Assembly: GCA_964435075.1 (NCBI GenBank)
Contig: CAYSXT010000001.1
Coordinates: forward strand, 1-60,679
DNA length: 60,679 bases
Reading direction: 5' to 3'
Source of the DNA: an uncultured Candidatus Saccharibacteria bacterium
Lineage (GTDB): Bacteria > Patescibacteriota > JAUYIX01
How positions within the stretch are numbered: position 1 is the stretch's first letter; each line of letters begins with the position of its first letter. Below, in pieces: positions 1 to 8,719 of this stretch. Below the pieces are notes generated by a model, which searched no databases, was not told the origin of the DNA, and was given only the letters and a program-made list of their open reading frames with translations. Both the position numbers and the translations under genes were made by a program.

Positions 1-222
1 TTCAGTAGTAATCATTTTAGAAGATTTGGCTTTAAAGGTTAAGTATTTATGCCATAAGAAATTATGCCCGATCACAATAGCCACGCTTAAAATGTTGGCC
101 AATATTATATTGAGGCCAATTATTCTCGTAAAAACAAAAAATAGCCCAAGGTCCAAACTAAAACCAAGAGCACCTATCGCAGCATATTTGCTGAATTGCC
201 ACAGCACACCCTTATTCAACAT
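1..222 (-). CDS. GtrA-family membrane protein, N-terminal part only (rest lies beyond the window start)
   Basis: Not in the ORF track because it runs off the window. The reverse complement from the ATG at 222..220 reads MLNKGVLWQFSKYAAIGALGFSLDLGLFFVFTRIIGLNIILANILSVAIVIGHNFLWHKYLTFKAKSSKMITTE and stays open to position 1. The F-x-K-Y..G start, two hydrophobic helices and the NF.W.K..TF motif are typical of GtrA-like proteins. It starts 2 nt after the stop of the upstream gene. Confidence 0.6.
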   Translation of the reverse strand, partial: MLNKGVLWQFSKYAAIGALGFSLDLGLFFVFTRIIGLNIILANILSVAIVIGHNFLWHKYLTFKAKSSKMITTE

Positions 223-224
223 AA

Positions 225-929
225 CTATTCCTCTATTGGTGTTGCAGAAGAATTATTGGCTTTATCGATGCCCTCTTCGATGGGAATCGCTTGCTCTGTA
301 GATTTATCATATTCATTAGCAGCAGTTACTGCCTTTTTATTTTCGCGCTCGATCGAGTCAGAGTGTCGATTAAGCAGCATAGTTGCGTCTTTGTTAACCG
401 TCCTAATAATGTTTTCTACTGCGCCCCATTCCGAATGACCAGATTGCGGAACAATTAATGTAATCTCATCGCCCTCCGAGCCTTTGAAGTAAGTTACGGA
501 GGCTGTTAGAACTCGGTACTCCTTGCGCCCGGCTTTTACAAAACATTCTCCACGCTCATCTTTACATAGAGTTCCTTTTATATGTTTACGTTCAACAGGC
601 CCAATTTGTTTAAAGACAAAACTGCCATCATCCACGATTGTAAGTTTTAAGGTATCGCCTTCAACGAGTTTAGATTTAGATGCGTAATTTGCAGGAACAG
701 GATAAATCTTTTTGTCCTCACCAATCATTGAATGACCATCAAAGACACCTTCAATAATATTTGCCGAATGACTTTTTTCTAGCTTAGCTGGGACATTTTC
801 TTTTGCGCCAATTGATTTACTTGTCACTCCGCCTGATTCCGATTCCAAAAGATGGCGAACAGAAGAGAGTTTCTCTTCAGCGTCACGTAGTAGCTCAAAG
901 GCCATAGAAAGTTTTTGATCGGATGCCAT
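225..929 (-). CDS. hypothetical protein, no recognisable family
   Basis: 234-aa ORF in the track with an N-terminal helix, a central beta-rich region (IEGVFDGHSMIGEDKKIYPVPANYASKSKLVEGDTLKL...) and an acidic or polar tail. It has no TM segment and no catalytic motif I can name. Confidence 0.75.
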   Translation of the reverse strand: MASDQKLSMAFELLRDAEEKLSSVRHLLESESGGVTSKSIGAKENVPAKLEKSHSANIIEGVFDGHSMIGEDKKIYPVPANYASKSKLVEGDTLKLTIVDDGSFVFKQIGPVERKHIKGTLCKDERGECFVKAGRKEYRVLTASVTYFKGSEGDEITLIVPQSGHSEWGAVENIIRTVNKDATMLLNRHSDSIERENKKAVTAANEYDKSTEQAIPIEEGIDKANNSSATPIEE

Positions 930-937
930 CTAGTCGT

Positions 938-946
938 ATTTTAACA
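938..946 (-). promoter_or_regulatory. extended -10 element upstream of the 234-aa gene
   Basis: The minus strand reads TGtTAAAAT, with 8 nt to the ATG at 929. There is no convincing -35. Confidence 0.35.
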
Positions 947-963
947 TAGTCTAATATTTCGCA

Positions 964-3405
964 CTATATACTATTCTGGATTTTTCCACGCTCTTCGATT
1001 TCTCGCTCAACCACGCCGCGATCTCTACCGAATTTCAGTCGCGAAAGCTGCTTTAGCGCCTCCGCTACCTTTGGACGAATCTTACTTGGAGCACTTATTT
1101 CCCAAGGTGCCGGCACAGAAATAGAGAATGCGGGTAAAGAAGCTTTTTGAGTTGTGGCTTTAATGTATGCCTGTGCAAAGCCTAGATTAACTATGTCATT
1201 TAAATTAAAGACGGGTTCAAACTCTTTTTCCAGAACTTGGGCATCAGCGGCACCCACTCTGTACGAGCAAATAGTTCCAACGTTTCCAAAGACTGCGTCA
1301 CGGATTTCTTCTTTAACCTGAGTAATAAACTGATGAGCCAAATGTAAATTGAGATGATATTTCCTGGCCTCACTTAAGATTGTTGGAATTGAGTCCGTTG
1401 TAAAGTTCTGAAACTCATCAATATAGAGATAAAAATCTTCACGTTCATCTTCAGCCGTATCTACTCGCGAGAGAGCCGCCATTTGAATCTTTGTTACCAA
1501 AATCATTCCGATGAGATTGGCATTAATGTCCCCCATCTCACCTTTCGATAAATTGGCTAGGAATATTTTTTTATTATCCATAATTTCCCTAAAGTTAAAC
1601 GCGCTCTGTGATTGTCCGATTATGTTTCTCATCATGCTGTTCTCTACAAAACGACCAACCTTAGAAATTAAGTAACCCAACATTTCTGACTTATGGAAAT
1701 CAGTTGTTTGTGCCATCTCATTTTCCCAGAAGCTACGAACAATCGGATCTTTGACTTTACTGGCTTTATAGCGCTGGTAGGCTTCGTCACTAAACATACG
1801 CGGAATTTCTGCAATAGTACCCGGGTTTTCTTTATCCTCCATAAGAGTCAACATCACATTACGCATATTATGTTCAAACATGGGACCGATAATTTCTGGT
1901 GGAAACAGCTTATAAAATATTGCAATCATTTCACCCACCACAAAGTCTTTTAGCTCATCTGTTTCGTACTCCAGCATATTAAGACCCATTGGTCGCTCAA
2001 CGTCGCCAGGTCTAAACACGATCACATCATCTACTCGGTCTTTAGGGATAGATTTGAGAATTGATTCTATGGCATCACCGTGCGGATCCAAAAAGGCTGC
2101 TCCTTTACCTTCCTCAATATCCTGTCTAATCATATTAAGGAACATGGTGGTCTTACCTGTTCCTGTCTTACCAATTAAATAAAAGTGCTTTCTGCGATCC
2201 TCTTTGGGAAGCTTAAAATCACGCTCTACTCCTCGATACACATTTTTACCAATCAACCGGCCCTCTTTTGGTAGTCTGGCGGGCGCTGGGGCGGTCCTGG
2301 CCCCTAACCAGACAATGTTAGGAGTTTCAACATAACGGGAATCCGGAAAGTGCATAAAACTACCCAGCTCTTCTGAGGACATAACTTGAGAAGCTTCACT
2401 ATCAAATGTTCTGAAAGTTATTGCCGTTAATAATTTAGCCTGAGCGTCTTTTTGTTTCGGTCTTACAGGAACCAACTTGTTGAGACTTGGTGCCGTAAAT
2501 TGATCAAAGGCGGCCACTAGGTTTCGGACTTGGACCTTGGCACTTTCTGGTGTGTTTGAACTGGCTACAATTCTGATATTAACTTCAAAGGCTGCCTTGC
2601 TGGCCTTATTTTCTATAGATTTTACGGCGTCTTCTACTAGCGGCGTTAATTGTTTTTGTTCCTTAGACATACCGGGTTGCTTAGCTGTGATAATACCTTT
2701 AACGGTCCCGGTTAATTTGTTTTCTGCAAGACCAACTTTACCTGCTTGAATATCCTTAGCTAATTGATCGCCCTTTTTCTGCCAACGTCCAGAAGCCGGT
2801 TTAAAGGCTACTTGAATAATGGCTGCCTCGTCCTTGGAAATCTTTGAAAGAGTATTAGTTAACACATTTAAAGGATCAGACTCTATTTGCTGATAAGTGC
2901 GGATTGGCCAAGCATTACTTTTCTTAAACTTAAAAGTGGCGGCTTGCGCATGTCCCTTTTTAGGGATGTAAATATTGTATTCATCTGTTTCATCAATAAC
3001 TGCTTGTGAATAGACCGCGTGTAATTGTTTTTCAACTAGATCGGCGATCGGCTCTGGAACTCCTACGTAAAATAAGATCTCGTCATTTATCGCAGCTATT
3101 TCGAAGGTTATGTGATCTAAATCCTTCAGGGCTTGTTTACGCTCGCGGGCAATCGCTGAAACACTGGCTAGGAATTGTTCTACGACACCGATGACTTCGC
3201 GCTCTGTCTGTACATTATCTTGAACTTTTTCTTCTTCACGAGCACCGGCCTTGGGTAAGGTCACTTGATAAAGTTTTATTTTAAGAGAACTTCTAAACTT
3301 TTTTTTGCCGCCGACAAAGTCCAAAATTAACCAAATAAATAGTCCGGCAAAGGCAAGACCTGCCGCAATGGTAAAAGCTAGTACTAGGAAAGTTAATTGA
3401 CCCAC
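964..3405 (-). CDS. membrane-anchored fusion protein: N-terminal TM plus about 370-aa unknown domain fused to a VirD4/TrwB/TraG-like (FtsK-HerA superfamily) P-loop ATPase
   Basis: 813 aa with a GTG start. It has an N-terminal TM (LTFLVLAFTIAAGLAFAGLFIWLILDF), Walker A GKTGTGKTT (nt 2146..2172, aa 412-420), LDPHGD, Walker B FYLYIDEFQNF (nt 1402..1434) and SEARKYHLNLHLAHQ. It aligns by eye along its whole length with the 46758..48038 and 44867..46756 products. Confidence 0.85.
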   Translation of the reverse strand: MGQLTFLVLAFTIAAGLAFAGLFIWLILDFVGGKKKFRSSLKIKLYQVTLPKAGAREEEKVQDNVQTEREVIGVVEQFLASVSAIARERKQALKDLDHITFEIAAINDEILFYVGVPEPIADLVEKQLHAVYSQAVIDETDEYNIYIPKKGHAQAATFKFKKSNAWPIRTYQQIESDPLNVLTNTLSKISKDEAAIIQVAFKPASGRWQKKGDQLAKDIQAGKVGLAENKLTGTVKGIITAKQPGMSKEQKQLTPLVEDAVKSIENKASKAAFEVNIRIVASSNTPESAKVQVRNLVAAFDQFTAPSLNKLVPVRPKQKDAQAKLLTAITFRTFDSEASQVMSSEELGSFMHFPDSRYVETPNIVWLGARTAPAPARLPKEGRLIGKNVYRGVERDFKLPKEDRRKHFYLIGKTGTGKTTMFLNMIRQDIEEGKGAAFLDPHGDAIESILKSIPKDRVDDVIVFRPGDVERPMGLNMLEYETDELKDFVVGEMIAIFYKLFPPEIIGPMFEHNMRNVMLTLMEDKENPGTIAEIPRMFSDEAYQRYKASKVKDPIVRSFWENEMAQTTDFHKSEMLGYLISKVGRFVENSMMRNIIGQSQSAFNFREIMDNKKIFLANLSKGEMGDINANLIGMILVTKIQMAALSRVDTAEDEREDFYLYIDEFQNFTTDSIPTILSEARKYHLNLHLAHQFITQVKEEIRDAVFGNVGTICSYRVGAADAQVLEKEFEPVFNLNDIVNLGFAQAYIKATTQKASLPAFSISVPAPWEISAPSKIRPKVAEALKQLSRLKFGRDRGVVEREIEERGKIQNSI

Positions 3406-3411
3406 TTTAAG

Positions 3412-3900
3412 TTACTTTTTTTGTGTCATTGATAAATGAAATTGATCAAGAATCCAAGCGCCTCCGGGTTTGGAAGCAATACTCCTAAGAATACCTAAAG
3501 CTGTTTCAAATCCATTCGCGTTTTCCGTTGCCAGTTTTACCAGTGATGCTACGGCATCAGCTGAATCCATGCCCAATATGGCAGTAGCAGAAATCTTACC
3601 AAGGTTGGCAGCCGGGGTACCTCCCTTGATTGCTAAATCTTTCTTGTCTGCCTTTAATTCCTTATATTTTTCGTTGACCTGCTGCCGCTCTTGAAGCTCA
3701 CGTATTTCAGCAAGCTTAGCTTTACTCTCTTTGTCTTTGAGTTGTCTTATTTCCTCTAGCTGTGACTCTAGTTCAACAATCTTTTGTTCTACCTTCTCAT
3801 CTTCCTGTGATGATTTTTCGGGTGCTTTTTCAATGGAGACATCTCTATTCTGAAATCCCGTTTCTGGTCCCTTCTTTAGTTCTTCCTCACTTATTGCCAT
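3412..3900 (-). CDS. hypothetical coiled-coil protein with small C-terminal globular domain
   Basis: 162-aa ORF with an E/K/Q-rich heptad-like central region (VEQKIVELESQLEEIRQLKDKESKAKLAEIRELQERQQ). It ends 6 nt upstream of the ATPase fusion gene. Confidence 0.7.
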   Translation of the reverse strand: MAISEEELKKGPETGFQNRDVSIEKAPEKSSQEDEKVEQKIVELESQLEEIRQLKDKESKAKLAEIRELQERQQVNEKYKELKADKKDLAIKGGTPAANLGKISATAILGMDSADAVASLVKLATENANGFETALGILRSIASKPGGAWILDQFHLSMTQKK

Positions 3901-3946
3901 AAACTAAAGTAAGCCAAATTTTATGAAGCTAGTCAATGAGATATAC

Positions 3947-3975
3947 TTGACTAATGTACCTATTTTTGTTAAAAT
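3947..3975 (+). promoter_or_regulatory. sigma-70-type promoter of the CorA-like gene
   Basis: TTGACT (3947..3952), 17 nt, TAAAAT (3970..3975). The ATG at 3983 is only 7 nt after the -10, implying a leaderless transcript. Confidence 0.55.
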
Positions 3976-3982
3976 ATAGTTC

Positions 3983-4954
3983 ATGGTTAATACTTCCTCA
4001 AATTCCCCCAAAGCGTCTGCTAATGAAAAGCAATCAATGTTGAGTCGTGTTGAGGCTCATGGAATTGAATGGATTGACGTACAAGAACCTCACACTGCCA
4101 AGTTAAAGGAAATGCAGAAGGAGTACGGATTTCATCCACTGGATCTTGAAGATACATTGAGTCCTGTACAGAGACCTAAACTAGAGATGCAGAAAGACTA
4201 CGTTTTTTTGGTATTTAGGTTCCCGCTTGTATCTAAGAAAACAAAGCGACTGCATGCTATCGAACTAGATGTATTTTTATACAAGAACAAGCTAATAACA
4301 TTTCATTCACGCAACGCAAAGATGATTCGTTCTATCATGTCAGACGCGAAATTATTTAAAGACAAGCGTGATCTGCTATTAGGCAATGGTCCAGGACACC
4401 TACTCTACGAAATTCTTAAAAGATTATTTGAGCAGTCGTTTGCCTTAACGGATCAAATTTCTCTAGAGCTTGAAAAACTAGAAGCCAGAATTTTTAAAAA
4501 CGAAAAACGCAATAGCGTCATAAACGAGATCTCTGGTTTGCGTAGAATAATTATCGACTTTCGTAAAATCGCTAAACCTCAGTCCTCTTTTTTGAAGCAT
4601 GTCGTTGATTCTGTTAATGGATACGTCGGTGAGACTGAAGAATTATTCTGGCGTAACTTAATGGAGCTTGCTGATAACCAGTGGGAAATCCTTGAAACTC
4701 ATAAAGAGACAATTGATGGTCTGGCTACAACCAATGATTCGCTTGTCAGCAATCGATTAAATATTACATTTAGATTACTTACCATTATCAGCGTAATATT
4801 TATTCCGATTACATTCTTGCTGGACATTATAAGTACAGACATACCTGGTAATCCCCTAGTCAAATTTGAGCCTATCTTTTTGGTAGTCGTGGGGGCCTTA
4901 TTCATAACTGAAGTTGGTTTTATCTGGTACCTAAAACGTAAGGGAGTGCTCTAA
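3983..4954 (+). CDS. CorA-family divalent cation transporter-like protein with non-canonical pore motif
   Basis: 323 aa. The N-terminal domain is CorA-like (IEWIDVQEPH...FHPLDLEDTLSPVQRPKLE) and there are two C-terminal TMs. The position of the YGMNF signature reads DIISTDIPG. Confidence 0.75.
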   Translation: MVNTSSNSPKASANEKQSMLSRVEAHGIEWIDVQEPHTAKLKEMQKEYGFHPLDLEDTLSPVQRPKLEMQKDYVFLVFRFPLVSKKTKRLHAIELDVFLYKNKLITFHSRNAKMIRSIMSDAKLFKDKRDLLLGNGPGHLLYEILKRLFEQSFALTDQISLELEKLEARIFKNEKRNSVINEISGLRRIIIDFRKIAKPQSSFLKHVVDSVNGYVGETEELFWRNLMELADNQWEILETHKETIDGLATTNDSLVSNRLNITFRLLTIISVIFIPITFLLDIISTDIPGNPLVKFEPIFLVVVGALFITEVGFIWYLKRKGVL

Positions 4955-4980
4955 AAGCAAACTTGCGTTAGACTTAATCT

Positions 4981-6480
4981 GTGATTCGTTTTTACAATAC
5001 GCTTACAAAAAAGGTCGACGTTTTTAAACCTCTAATAAAAAAAGAGGTCAGTTTATATTCCTGTGGTCCGACGGTATACGATTTTCCTCACATAGGTAAT
5101 TTGCGACGTTATATTACAGACGACATATTGCATCGTCTCCTTAGAGCAAAAGGCTACAAAGTAAAACGTATTATTAATATTACAGATGTAGGTCATCTTA
5201 CTCAGGACGACTATGACTCTGGTGAAGATAAAATGGTTTTGGCAGCCAAACGCGAGGGAAAAAGCCCCTTAGAAATCGCCGATTTTTACACAAACATTTT
5301 TTATGAAGATTCCGCCGCGCTAAATTTTGTTCCGCCTGACCAATATACTAAAGCCACAGATCATATTAAGGAGATGCAGGATCTAGTAGCTGATCTGCTA
5401 GAGAAAGATGTAGCCTACGAAGTTAACGGCAATGTATATTATAACGTAGACAAATATAAGCAGTATGGTCAGTTATCTGGTAATACGTTAGAAAGTCTGC
5501 GCGAAAAGGTAAGGCCTGAACTCAATGCGGAGGCCTTTAAACAAAAAAAGTCGCCAGCAGATTTTGCACTGTGGATTAAAGCACAACCGAAACACTTATT
5601 GCAGTGGCCCAGCCCTTGGAGTAAGGGATATCCCGGTTGGCATATTGAATGTGCAGCCATGATTTTAAAACATCTTGGGCCAACGATTGATATTCATACT
5701 GGCGGTCAAGACAATATTTTTCCTCATCATGAGGATGAAATGGCTGAAGCAGAAGCTTCAACTGGCAAACAGCTAGCTCGCTATTGGCTCCATACGCGCT
5801 ACCTATTAGTCGACGGTAAAAAAATGTCCAAGAGTAAGGGCACGCTTATTAGACTGGCCGATTTGGTAGAAAAAAAGTTTAATCCCCTTGCCTTTCGCTA
5901 CTTAATATTAAGCGCGCATTTTTCATCGCTCCTAAACTTTACCTGGAAATCCATGCAGGCCGCTCAGGATGGCTGGGAAAAAATAAACAATTTTTATGAC
6001 AGTCTAAGAAATCACCAAGTGTCCGATGAAAAACCCAATAAAGCAGACTCGTCGTTGGTCAAACAAGTAAAGTCTATAGCTAAAGAGTTCTATCAAGCCC
6101 TAGAGGATAATTTAGGCACACCGCAAGCACTTGTTGCCTTGTCCAAACTAGTAACGCTTGGTAACTCGATTTTGGCAGAACGCAAACTCTCTCTCAAGGA
6201 AAAAGACTTATTGCAAGATGCGCTTACGGACTTTGACCACATACTAGCACTGATACCCAAAGAAATTATAAGCATAAAACCACTATCTAAAGAGGCTCTG
6301 TCCAAACTGACAAAACTTTTAGACCAACGCCTCAAATTTAAAAAGTCCAAGAATTACGGGAAAGCAGACAAAATAAGAGAAGATATTAATAACCTTGGTT
6401 TTGAGCTAGAAGATACGGCAGAGGGCTGGCACTGGCGCCAAATAAAATCTGGTAAGACCGGTTTTTATAAATTTAAATAG
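4981..6480 (+). CDS. cysS: cysteine--tRNA ligase
   Basis: 499 aa with a GTG start. It carries the class I motifs HIGN (FPHIGNLR) and KMSKS, and has the overall CysRS layout. Confidence 0.95.
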   Translation: MIRFYNTLTKKVDVFKPLIKKEVSLYSCGPTVYDFPHIGNLRRYITDDILHRLLRAKGYKVKRIINITDVGHLTQDDYDSGEDKMVLAAKREGKSPLEIADFYTNIFYEDSAALNFVPPDQYTKATDHIKEMQDLVADLLEKDVAYEVNGNVYYNVDKYKQYGQLSGNTLESLREKVRPELNAEAFKQKKSPADFALWIKAQPKHLLQWPSPWSKGYPGWHIECAAMILKHLGPTIDIHTGGQDNIFPHHEDEMAEAEASTGKQLARYWLHTRYLLVDGKKMSKSKGTLIRLADLVEKKFNPLAFRYLILSAHFSSLLNFTWKSMQAAQDGWEKINNFYDSLRNHQVSDEKPNKADSSLVKQVKSIAKEFYQALEDNLGTPQALVALSKLVTLGNSILAERKLSLKEKDLLQDALTDFDHILALIPKEIISIKPLSKEALSKLTKLLDQRLKFKKSKNYGKADKIREDINNLGFELEDTAEGWHWRQIKSGKTGFYKFK

Positions 6481-6579
6481 TTTTTCGCACAATAAGTTGG
6501 AAAAGGTGGGGATGATCTGCCTAAATACGCAGGACTGTTTGATTGAGTGTTGTTAGTTTTCTCGGTATCATTAAGGATC

Positions 6580-8028
6580 ATGTCCAACCAAGCCAAAACT
6601 CTCCCGAAAATTCCCGAACAAATTACAGCTGGAACACAAAGAATCCCACCACAGAATTTAGAAGCTGAGGCATCTGTTTTGGGCGCCTTAATGCTAGATA
6701 AGGATGCGATAATTAAAGTTGCCGACTTTTTAAATCCTGATGACTTTTACAAGGAAACTAATCGCCTAATTTATAGCTGTATTCAGGAGCTGTTTGAGTC
6801 ACGTGAGCCGATTGATGTTCTCTCAGTGGGTGAAAAACTTAAGGCTAAAAAAGAGCTAGAGACAATTGGCGGAACAGCTAATCTGACAAATCTAGTTAAT
6901 TTGGTCCCTTCTGCTGCTCATGTGCAACATTACGCTAAAATTGTTCACCAGAAAGGTACCTTACGTAATCTAATTGGTGCTGCCTCTAATATTACTGAGT
7001 TAGCTTATAAAGAAACTGAAGATGTTGAGGTCTTATTGGACGAGGCCGAGCAAAAACTTTTTAGCGTTTCTCAAAAACAGCTAAAACAAAACTTTGTTCC
7101 ATTAAAATCCATCTTGGCAGAAACTTTTGAACGCATTGATGATTTACATAGAAATCGGGGTGCTTTACGTGGACTGGCTACAGGTTTCAATGATTTGGAT
7201 GAGCTACTAGCTGGCTTCCAGAGATCTAACCTAATAATTTTGGCTGCAAGGCCCTCTATGGGTAAGACTACTTTTGCGTTGGATATAGTTCGGCATGTAA
7301 TAACAAAACAAAAATTACCTGTCGGCTTTTTCTCTTTGGAAATGTCAAAAGATGAGTTAGTAGATCGCCTGCTATCATCGCAAGCCCAAATAGATCTATG
7401 GAAACTTAGAACCGGTCGATTATCTGAGGGGCATAACAGCAATGATTTCGAAAAACTTAATGAAGCTATGGCGGTTTTATCAGAGGTTCCCTTATACATA
7501 GATGATTCAGCTTCAGCCAATATTATGGAACTGCGCACTAAAGCTCGTCGGCTTCACATGGAAAATGAGCTGGGCCTGATAGTTGTTGACTATCTTCAGC
7601 TTATGGAGGGACGCAGTGTAGACAACCGTGTTCAAGAAGTTTCAGAAATATCACGTGCTCTTAAGGGTATAGCTCGTGAACTGAATGTGCCTGTATTAGC
7701 ACTTTCTCAGCTTTCGCGTGCTGTTGAGCAGCGTGAGCCTAAGATACCGCAACTTTCGGATCTTAGAGACTCAGGATCAATTGAGCAGGACGCCGACGTT
7801 GTTATGTTTATCTATCGTGAATCAGTCTATAAACCTGATACGGATCGTCAAAATATTGCCGAGATTCACGTCAGAAAGCATCGCAACGGTCCAACCGGTC
7901 AATTAGAGTTATTCTTTAATGCACAACAGGTTAGATTCCAGAATTTAGCAAAGGTTAGTGCCAACAACGCACCGCCAGCCGAGAGTCCCCCACCGTTGAC
8001 AAAAGACCAAAATGCCGATAAGCTTTAA
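6580..8028 (+). CDS. dnaB: replicative DNA helicase DnaB
   Basis: PPQNLEAEASVLGALM N-terminal motif, Walker A ARPSMGKTTFAL, and RecA-like C-terminal motifs (SLEMS, IVVDYLQLM, ALSQLSR). I prefer the ATG at 6580 (MSNQAK..., preceded by AAGGA) over the track's GTG at 6547. Confidence 0.92.
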   Translation: MSNQAKTLPKIPEQITAGTQRIPPQNLEAEASVLGALMLDKDAIIKVADFLNPDDFYKETNRLIYSCIQELFESREPIDVLSVGEKLKAKKELETIGGTANLTNLVNLVPSAAHVQHYAKIVHQKGTLRNLIGAASNITELAYKETEDVEVLLDEAEQKLFSVSQKQLKQNFVPLKSILAETFERIDDLHRNRGALRGLATGFNDLDELLAGFQRSNLIILAARPSMGKTTFALDIVRHVITKQKLPVGFFSLEMSKDELVDRLLSSQAQIDLWKLRTGRLSEGHNSNDFEKLNEAMAVLSEVPLYIDDSASANIMELRTKARRLHMENELGLIVVDYLQLMEGRSVDNRVQEVSEISRALKGIARELNVPVLALSQLSRAVEQREPKIPQLSDLRDSGSIEQDADVVMFIYRESVYKPDTDRQNIAEIHVRKHRNGPTGQLELFFNAQQVRFQNLAKVSANNAPPAESPPPLTKDQNADKL

Positions 8029-8059
8029 AACACTTTTAAGTATTTAATTAAACATCAAC

Positions 8060-8392
8060 ATGACCCAAGTAAAAATCTCAGGTGATAATTTTCAGCCAGA
8101 AGTTATGGAGAGTGATGTTCCAGTTTTAGTAGATTTTTGGGCGGAATGGTGCGGCCCTTGTCGCATGGTTAATCCGATTTTAGATGAACTTTCAGAGCAA
8201 TATTCTGGTAAGTTAAAAATTGCCAAAGTAAACGTAGACGACAATCAAGAAATCGCTCAAAAATACGGTGTAATGAGTATTCCAACCTTTATTGTCTTTA
8301 ACGGAGGAGAAAAAATAGATCAGTTCGTTGGTGCTTTGCCTAAAGATGCTTTTGTTAAGCACATCGAAGAAATGTTAGGCAAAATTAAATAG
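8060..8392 (+). CDS. trxA: thioredoxin
   Basis: 110 aa with the WCGPC active site and a typical thioredoxin fold sequence. Confidence 0.95.
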   Translation: MTQVKISGDNFQPEVMESDVPVLVDFWAEWCGPCRMVNPILDELSEQYSGKLKIAKVNVDDNQEIAQKYGVMSIPTFIVFNGGEKIDQFVGALPKDAFVKHIEEMLGKIK

Positions 8393-8416
8393 CTTTGTTA
8401 GTAATTTAATATACTA

Positions 8417-8710
8417 ATGGTAAAAATTGGACGATTAAAACAGATTAGGGAGATGATGAAGACAAAGAAGTCTTTATCGCAGGAGGTTGTTGAGGGACAA
8501 GCCTTAAACGGACTAGTAAAAGTGACTGTCGATGGTACACAGGCTATGAGCAAAGTAGACATTGATAGTTCCCTTTTGAGTGCAGATAATAAGAGCAAAA
8601 TTGAAGAAGCCATTAAGGATGCCCACAAAGATGCCCTCAAGCAACTCCAAAAAATAATGGTTGAAAAAGTTAAATCCGGCGATTTGCAGCTTCCTGATCT
8701 GCAAGGCTAA
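8417..8710 (+). CDS. ybaB: YbaB/EbfC family nucleoid-associated protein
   Basis: 97 aa with GLVKVTVDGTQAMSKVDIDSSLL, which resembles the YbaB core. It sits in the classic position directly upstream of recR. Confidence 0.85.
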   Translation: MVKIGRLKQIREMMKTKKSLSQEVVEGQALNGLVKVTVDGTQAMSKVDIDSSLLSADNKSKIEEAIKDAHKDALKQLQKIMVEKVKSGDLQLPDLQG

Positions 8711-8719
8711 AATAGACAA

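Noticed and set aside
26-438. Plus-strand ORFs 26..301 (91 aa) and 196..438 (80 aa) at the window start.
   Set aside because: They lie antisense to a GtrA-like reading frame (1..222) and to the 234-aa gene. Their sequences are low-complexity and hydrophobic or proline-rich, with no motifs. The minus-strand genes are tightly spaced, which fits the operon.
964-3405. Reading the two TraG/VirD4-like ATPases (also 44867..46756) as remnants of an integrative conjugative element or plasmid.
   Set aside because: No integrase, relaxase, VirB4, VirB6, VirB1-type hydrolase, partition genes, tRNA target or flanking direct repeats were seen. Both loci are flanked and co-transcribed with core genes. The idea cannot be fully excluded for locus A because the window ends 1 kb beyond it.
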